A DNA stretch of 31,403 nucleotides, taken from the NCBI GenBank assembly GCA_031372565.1, contig JANMLN010000060.1, positions 1 through 31,403 of the forward strand, in the 5' to 3' direction. Origin of the DNA: Gemmatimonadota bacterium (lineage in GTDB: Bacteria; Gemmatimonadota; Gemmatimonadetes; Gemmatimonadales; Gemmatimonadaceae). Shown one piece after another: positions 27,056 to 31,403 of this stretch; within the stretch, counting starts at the first letter, position 1; each line of letters opens with the position of its first letter. The notes beneath the pieces were generated by a model. That model made no database searches. It was not told where the DNA came from and was given only the letters and a program-made list of their open reading frames with translations. The position numbers and the translations under genes are program-made.

Positions 27056-27195
27056 TCGGGGCGCCATCGCGGTCGTACGGCGCAGGTGTCCCGGCGTGGT
27101 GTCGCGGGATAGCTTCCCTCACGAATCGACCTTCCCGGCGAGGCGCCGTTGGCGCATGGCTGGGCGCTGACCTTTCTGCGACTTCCGTGTTCGTC

Positions 27196-27957
27196 ATGCT
27201 TGCATTCGGCAGTTGGGCCACGGTGTGGTGGCAGCCCGTGCTGTTCCTGCTCGTGGCCGGGCACATCACCAACATCTGCGTGACGGTGTTCCTGCACCGG
27301 GCGCAAACGCACCGCAGCGTGCAGCTGCACGCGTTGGCATCGATCCCCATGCGCCTCTGGCTGTGGCTCACGACGGCCACCGTCACGAAGGAATGGGTGG
27401 CGTGTCATCGGAAGCACCATGCCTACGCCGACCGTGAAGGCGATCCGCACTCCCCCGTGGTCGAGGGGCTGCGCAACATCGTGCTCAAGGGCGCCTTCTA
27501 TTACCGGAAGACGGTGCGTCAGGAAGGGGTGCTCGAGAAGTACGGCAAGGGGACGCCCAATGATTGGCTGGAGCGGCATCTGCTCGCGCGTCGCAGCACG
27601 CTCGGTGTCCTCCTCATGGCCGCCTTCGACCTGTGGTTCTTCGGCTGGGTCGTCGGGCCGGTGGTGTGGGCCGCGCAGATGATCTGGATTCCGTTCTGGG
27701 CCGCCGGCATCATCAATGGTGTGGGTCATGCGCTCGGCTACCGCAATCACGACGTGAAGGACGATAGCCGCAACATCACGCCGATCGGCATCATGATCGC
27801 CGGCGAAGAGCTGCACAACAATCATCACGCCGATCCACACAGCGCGAAGTTCAGCCACCGCTGGTTCGAGTTCGACATCGGCTGGATGTACATCCGCCTG
27901 CTCTCCTTCCTCGGCCTCGCGCGCGTGGCATACGCGCGTGAGGGGATGGCGGAATAG
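27196..27957 (+). CDS. Membrane fatty-acid (delta-9 acyl-CoA-type) desaturase
   Basis: His boxes HRAQTH, HRKHH and HNNHH; GDPHSP; INGVGH; WFEFDIGW; start ATG 27196 (or GTG 27187). Confidence 0.92.
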   Translation: MLAFGSWATVWWQPVLFLLVAGHITNICVTVFLHRAQTHRSVQLHALASIPMRLWLWLTTATVTKEWVACHRKHHAYADREGDPHSPVVEGLRNIVLKGAFYYRKTVRQEGVLEKYGKGTPNDWLERHLLARRSTLGVLLMAAFDLWFFGWVVGPVVWAAQMIWIPFWAAGIINGVGHALGYRNHDVKDDSRNITPIGIMIAGEELHNNHHADPHSAKFSHRWFEFDIGWMYIRLLSFLGLARVAYAREGMAE

Positions 27958-27961
27958 CGAC

Positions 27962-28240
27962 ATGGCCGACGTGACCTGCCGCCGCTGTGGCAACACCCGC
28001 GCTGGTTTCGACAAGGCGCCGTTTCCGGGCGCGATCGGGGCCCGGGTGCTCGAAGGGACCTGCCAGGCGTGCTGGGAAGAGTGGAAGAAGCAGCAGACCA
28101 TGCTGATCAACCACTACGGCCTCAACGTGATGGATCCGCAGGCGCGGAAGTTCCTCACGCAGAACATGGAGGCGTTCCTGTTCAAGACAGGGAGTGGCGC
28201 CGACGTGGACACGACCAAGCAGGGTTCCATCAACTGGTGA
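27962..28240 (+). CDS. yggX: Fe(II)-trafficking / oxidative damage protection protein
   Basis: APFPGAIGARV...CQACWEEWKKQQTMLINHYGLN...ARKFLTQNMEAFLF; start ATG 27962. Confidence 0.9.
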   Translation: MADVTCRRCGNTRAGFDKAPFPGAIGARVLEGTCQACWEEWKKQQTMLINHYGLNVMDPQARKFLTQNMEAFLFKTGSGADVDTTKQGSINW

Positions 28241-28245
28241 CGTCG

Positions 28246-30120
28246 ATGCGGAACAGGGTGCTCCGGACGGCGGCGGCGCTTGGCGTCGCCGCCGTGTGTG
28301 TCTCGGTGATTGGCGTCGGCGCCGGACGCGCCGCATCAGCGCAACAGCGCACGACGACGGCGACCGCTGCCGCCGCATCGCGCGGAGGCGCAGGGCGCTC
28401 TGGTGCCGCGGCGTCGGCTGGCCCCTGGGCCGAGCGCACGCTCAAGCGGATGACGGTGCGCCAGAAGGCGGCGCAGCTGGTCTGGCCGTGGATCCTCGGG
28501 GACTTCGTGCCCGAGGGGTCGGCCGAGTGGGGACGTCTGATGCAGCTCGTCCTCGACGACGAGGTGGGCGGCTTCATCGTGTCGGTCGGCACGCCGACCG
28601 AGATCGCGGCCAAGATCAACGCCCTGCAGCGGCTCTCGAAGCTGCCGCTGCTCGTGAGCGCCGACTACGAGACGGGCGTCGGCTTCCGCGCCCGCGGTGC
28701 GTACTTCGTGCCGAACGAGATCGATCTCGGCGGTGCCACCAACTTTCCGCTGCAGATGGCGCTGGGCGCGTCGCGTGACAGCACGCTCGCGTACCAGATG
28801 GGTCGCGCCACGGCGCGTGAAGCGCGCGCGCTCGGTGTGCACGTGGCGTTCGGGCCCGTGCTCGACGTCAACAACAATCCGGGCAACCCGGTGATCGCCG
28901 CCCGGTCGTTTGGTGAAGACCCGGCGAGCGTGGCGCGCCTCGGCGTGGCGATGACGCGCGGCCTCGAGGAGAACGGTGTCGTGGCCACGGGCAAGCACTT
29001 CCCCGGGCACGGCGACACCGAGATCAACTCGCATCTCGCATTGCCCACGGTGGCCGTGAGCCGGGCTCGGCTCGATTCCGTGGAGCTGCCGCCGTTCCGG
29101 GCCGCCGTGCGCGCAGGCATCGGCGCGATGATGACGTTCCACGGCATCCTGCCCGCGTTGGACACGAGTGGCGTGCCGGCGACGCTGTCGAAGGCGGTGA
29201 TGACCGGGGTGCTGCGCGGGGAGATGGGGTTCCGCGGGATCATCTTCACGGACGCGATGGACATGGTCGGCGTGGTGCAGCAGTTCGGCGCGCGTGAAGC
29301 CGTCAAGCGCGCCGTTGCCGCCGGCGTCGACGTGGTGCTCATGCCGAAGGACACGAAGGGCGCCATCGACGCCATCGTCGAGGGGATTCGCGAGGGGCGC
29401 TACACGGAAGCGCGCCTCGACACGAGCGTGCGTCGCCTGCTCGCGGTCAAGGAGCGGATGGGACTGCACCGTCGACGGCTGGTCGCGCTCGATTCGGTGC
29501 GCGTGGTCGTGGGCGACTCGTCGCACGTGGAGCTGGCGCGGCGCATCGCCGAACGCGGGTTGACGCTGGTGCGCGATTCGCTTGCGCAGGTGCCGATGGC
29601 GAGTGCACGCACCGCGCCACGCGTGCTCACGATCGTGGTCGCGCCGCGCGGCGACCTGGCGGCGGGTCCGGCCTTCACCAGCACGCTGCGAGCGGCGTAT
29701 CCGTCGCTGCGCACCGAACTGATGCTGCCCAATGTCGAGCGTGATGGCGCGAACGTGACGCGCCTGCTCGCGGCCGCCGACTCGGCCGATCAGGTGATCG
29801 TGGCCAGCTACATGATCCAGACCAGCGAGAGCGCCACGGCGAGTGCGCCCGGGTCGCTGCCGAGTCTGGTGCGTGGACTCGTGATGCGAGGCAAGTCACC
29901 GGTCGTGGTCGCCTTCGGCAATCCGTACCTGCTGCGTGAGCTCCCCGACGCGCGCGCGTACCTCGTTGCGTGGGGTGGCTCGACGGCATCGCAAGTTGCT
30001 GCGGCGCGGGCGCTTGCGGGGCAGATCCCGATCAATGGCCGATTGCCGGTCAGTATCCCGCCACTCGTTCCGCTCGGCGCGGGGCTGTCTCGGACCGCAC
30101 GCAACCCGGTGATGCCGTGA
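28246..30120 (+). CDS. Secreted GH3 beta-N-acetylglucosaminidase (two-domain NagZ-like)
   Basis: Signal peptide; SADYETG, GPVLDVNNNPGNPVI, RSFGEDP, KHFPGHGDTEINSH, FTDAMDM; start ATG 28246. Confidence 0.9.
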   Translation: MRNRVLRTAAALGVAAVCVSVIGVGAGRAASAQQRTTTATAAAASRGGAGRSGAAASAGPWAERTLKRMTVRQKAAQLVWPWILGDFVPEGSAEWGRLMQLVLDDEVGGFIVSVGTPTEIAAKINALQRLSKLPLLVSADYETGVGFRARGAYFVPNEIDLGGATNFPLQMALGASRDSTLAYQMGRATAREARALGVHVAFGPVLDVNNNPGNPVIAARSFGEDPASVARLGVAMTRGLEENGVVATGKHFPGHGDTEINSHLALPTVAVSRARLDSVELPPFRAAVRAGIGAMMTFHGILPALDTSGVPATLSKAVMTGVLRGEMGFRGIIFTDAMDMVGVVQQFGAREAVKRAVAAGVDVVLMPKDTKGAIDAIVEGIREGRYTEARLDTSVRRLLAVKERMGLHRRRLVALDSVRVVVGDSSHVELARRIAERGLTLVRDSLAQVPMASARTAPRVLTIVVAPRGDLAAGPAFTSTLRAAYPSLRTELMLPNVERDGANVTRLLAAADSADQVIVASYMIQTSESATASAPGSLPSLVRGLVMRGKSPVVVAFGNPYLLRELPDARAYLVAWGGSTASQVAAARALAGQIPINGRLPVSIPPLVPLGAGLSRTARNPVMP

Positions 30121-30241
30121 ACAGGCGATTGCCCCCTTGCGCGGTACGCGGTGCGGGACGGATTGCCGAGTGTCGCCGGAAGCGGTAACGTCTCTCAGGG
30201 ACAATCGCCACGACTCGCGCGCCATTCCGCGGGGGCAGGGG

Positions 30242-30268
30242 TTGACTTTAGTTTCAGTTGGCTACTAA
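30242..30268 (+). promoter_or_regulatory. AT-rich promoter/operator upstream of the NrtR-like gene
   Basis: TTGACT followed by the 21-bp quasi-palindrome TTAGT-N11-ACTAA (30248-30268). Confidence 0.55.
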
Positions 30269-30309
30269 TTGCCCCCCGCGATGCCAGCCCCGTCCAATTC
30301 CTGTCCGTC

Positions 30310-30984
30310 GTGACCGCCGCCGTCCGGCGGGGAACGACGCCCCCCCCGTACAGTATCGATCTGGTGCTCCTCGCTCCGCGCGAGGGTGCCTTGCATGTGC
30401 TGATCGAGAGCGACGGCCGGACGGCCCATCTGCCTTGGGGAGCGCCCAAGTCGGGCGAGGCGCTCCTGACCTCGTCGCGGCAGCTCGCCAAGCGGACGGC
30501 GGGGACCGAACCCGGGTGGATGGAGCAGCTGCACGCGTTCGGGGACCCGCTGAAGCATCCCGCGGCCGCGCCGGTCAGCATCGCGTTCGTGGGCGTGGTG
30601 AGCGCCGCGGCCACCGAGGGTCGCTTGGGAGACAAGGCGCGCTGGGTTCCGATGGCCTCCGCCGGCCTGTCCGGCCGCCACGCCGCCATCCTGGCCGCCG
30701 CCGTCGAGACGCTGCGGACCCGGCTCGAGTACGCGCCGATCGCGTTCAAGCTGCTGCCGAGCACCTTTACGCTCTCCGAGCTGCAGGGGATGTACGAGCT
30801 GCTGCTGGGGTGGCCGCTGCACAAGGCGAGCTTCCGCCGATCGCTGCAGGCGGCCTACCTGGTGGAACCCACCGACGAGTGGCGCAGCGAGGGGCGTGGC
30901 CGTCCCGCCCAGCTGTACCGCTTCTCCCCGCGCAAGCGTCGGCAGGGCCGCCGCGGAGTCCGGTTCGACTTCCTGGGCGGTTGA
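30310..30984 (+). CDS. NrtR-family regulator (degenerate Nudix domain plus C-terminal winged HTH)
   Basis: SIDLVLL, LPWG..., MEQLHAFGDP, LLPSTFTLSELQGMYE, KASFRR, GRGRPAQLYRF; Nudix box lacks the catalytic Glu residues; start probably GTG 30310. Confidence 0.88.
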   Translation: MTAAVRRGTTPPPYSIDLVLLAPREGALHVLIESDGRTAHLPWGAPKSGEALLTSSRQLAKRTAGTEPGWMEQLHAFGDPLKHPAAAPVSIAFVGVVSAAATEGRLGDKARWVPMASAGLSGRHAAILAAAVETLRTRLEYAPIAFKLLPSTFTLSELQGMYELLLGWPLHKASFRRSLQAAYLVEPTDEWRSEGRGRPAQLYRFSPRKRRQGRRGVRFDFLGG

Positions 30985-31057
30985 TCGGCGACTGAGCGGC
31001 GCCGGGCCGGGGCGCCGGTCGTGGCGCACCCGTGACGGAACCCGCCTTGCGGCGCCG

Positions 31058-31089
31058 TGTACTTAGTACCAATGTGTACATAACGTCAA
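31058..31089. promoter_or_regulatory. AT-rich operator/promoter region downstream of the NrtR-like gene
   Basis: TTAGTACCAATGTGTACATAA quasi-palindrome (31063-31083); the reverse complement of 31063-31089 matches 30242-30268 at 19/27 positions. Confidence 0.5.
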
Positions 31090-31106
31090 ACTGGGAGGGG
31101 GTTCCG

Positions 31107-31403
31107 GTGCTCAGCTTCCTGGACAGCCTGTGCCTGGCGCTCACGAATCGCGATGCGGCGGCGATCGCGCAACTGCTGGCGCACCCGATGGCCGCCACCT
31201 TGCCGAGCGCCGTGCGCACGGAAGCCGCGGCGCTCGCCGCCGACCCATCCAACATCGCGCGCACGCCGTTGCACGCCTTCGTGTTCGCCCACCGCATGGC
31301 GCAGTTGATGGCCGCGGTGGGCACCCCGCGGGGAACGCCGGCCCCGGCGCCGCGCGAGTCGCCCCGTGACGCGACGACGGACTGGCCCCGCGGCGGCGAC
31401 CAC
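31107..31403 (+). CDS. Hypothetical protein, partial (runs off the window; absent from the ORF track)
   Basis: GGGAGG RBS at 31093-31098, GTG at 31107, 99 open codons with GC3 bias: MLSFLDSLCLALTNRDAAAIAQLLAHPMAATLPSAVRTEAAAL...TPLHAFVFAHRMAQL. Confidence 0.7.
   Translation, partial: MLSFLDSLCLALTNRDAAAIAQLLAHPMAATLPSAVRTEAAALAADPSNIARTPLHAFVFAHRMAQLMAAVGTPRGTPAPAPRESPRDATTDWPRGGDH

Noticed and set aside
30242..31089. Inverted motifs flanking the NrtR-like gene as IS terminal repeats or an invertible segment
   Set aside because: Only 19/27 identity, no transposase or recombinase nearby, no target-site duplication seen, and the gene has host-like codon usage.
31064..31091. Possible dif (XerCD) site: TAGTACCAATG-TGTACA-TAACGTCAAAC
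   Set aside because: The spacer and outer right arm resemble dif, but the highly conserved inner ATAA / TTAT bases are missing; an operator is the better explanation.
1..31403. CRISPR arrays, tRNA/rRNA genes, prophage or defence genes
   Set aside because: No regularly spaced nucleotide repeats, cloverleaf or rRNA signatures, integrases or recognisable defence domains were seen by eye.

Overview
High-GC bacterial chromosomal window. Gene content and style suggest Gemmatimonadota, which is an inference. It is mostly housekeeping: a stand-alone RelA/SpoT-type HD hydrolase, ispG, a cold-shock protein, a flavin oxidoreductase, a divergent arginine cluster (argR-argG-argH / argC-argB-argD) with readable ARG boxes and promoters, a PafA-type alkaline phosphatase, an Smr-domain protein, MoeB-rhodanese, an esterase, pntAA-pntAB-pntB, a fatty-acid desaturase, yggX, a GH3 NagZ-like enzyme and an NrtR-like regulator. 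The most unusual part is a four-gene non-canonical chaperone-usher-like pilus locus (21694-27055). It encodes two small pilin-like proteins (the first with a CfaB-like N-terminal strand), a chaperone, and a 1105-aa usher-like protein whose Pro/Arg-rich tail carries LTPDARPxxxRPR repeats. It is preceded by a sigma54-type promoter, has hairpins after the first pilin, and has no two-domain adhesin gene. Other leads are twin inverted 27-bp motifs flanking the NrtR-like gene, an AT-rich MerR-like gene with a palindromic operator, a putative ECF-driven periplasmic protein plus beta-barrel pair, and an Asp-to-Asn change in the NagZ catalytic loop. No rRNA, tRNA, CRISPR array or mobile element was recognised. 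All calls are by eye; no database searches were run.
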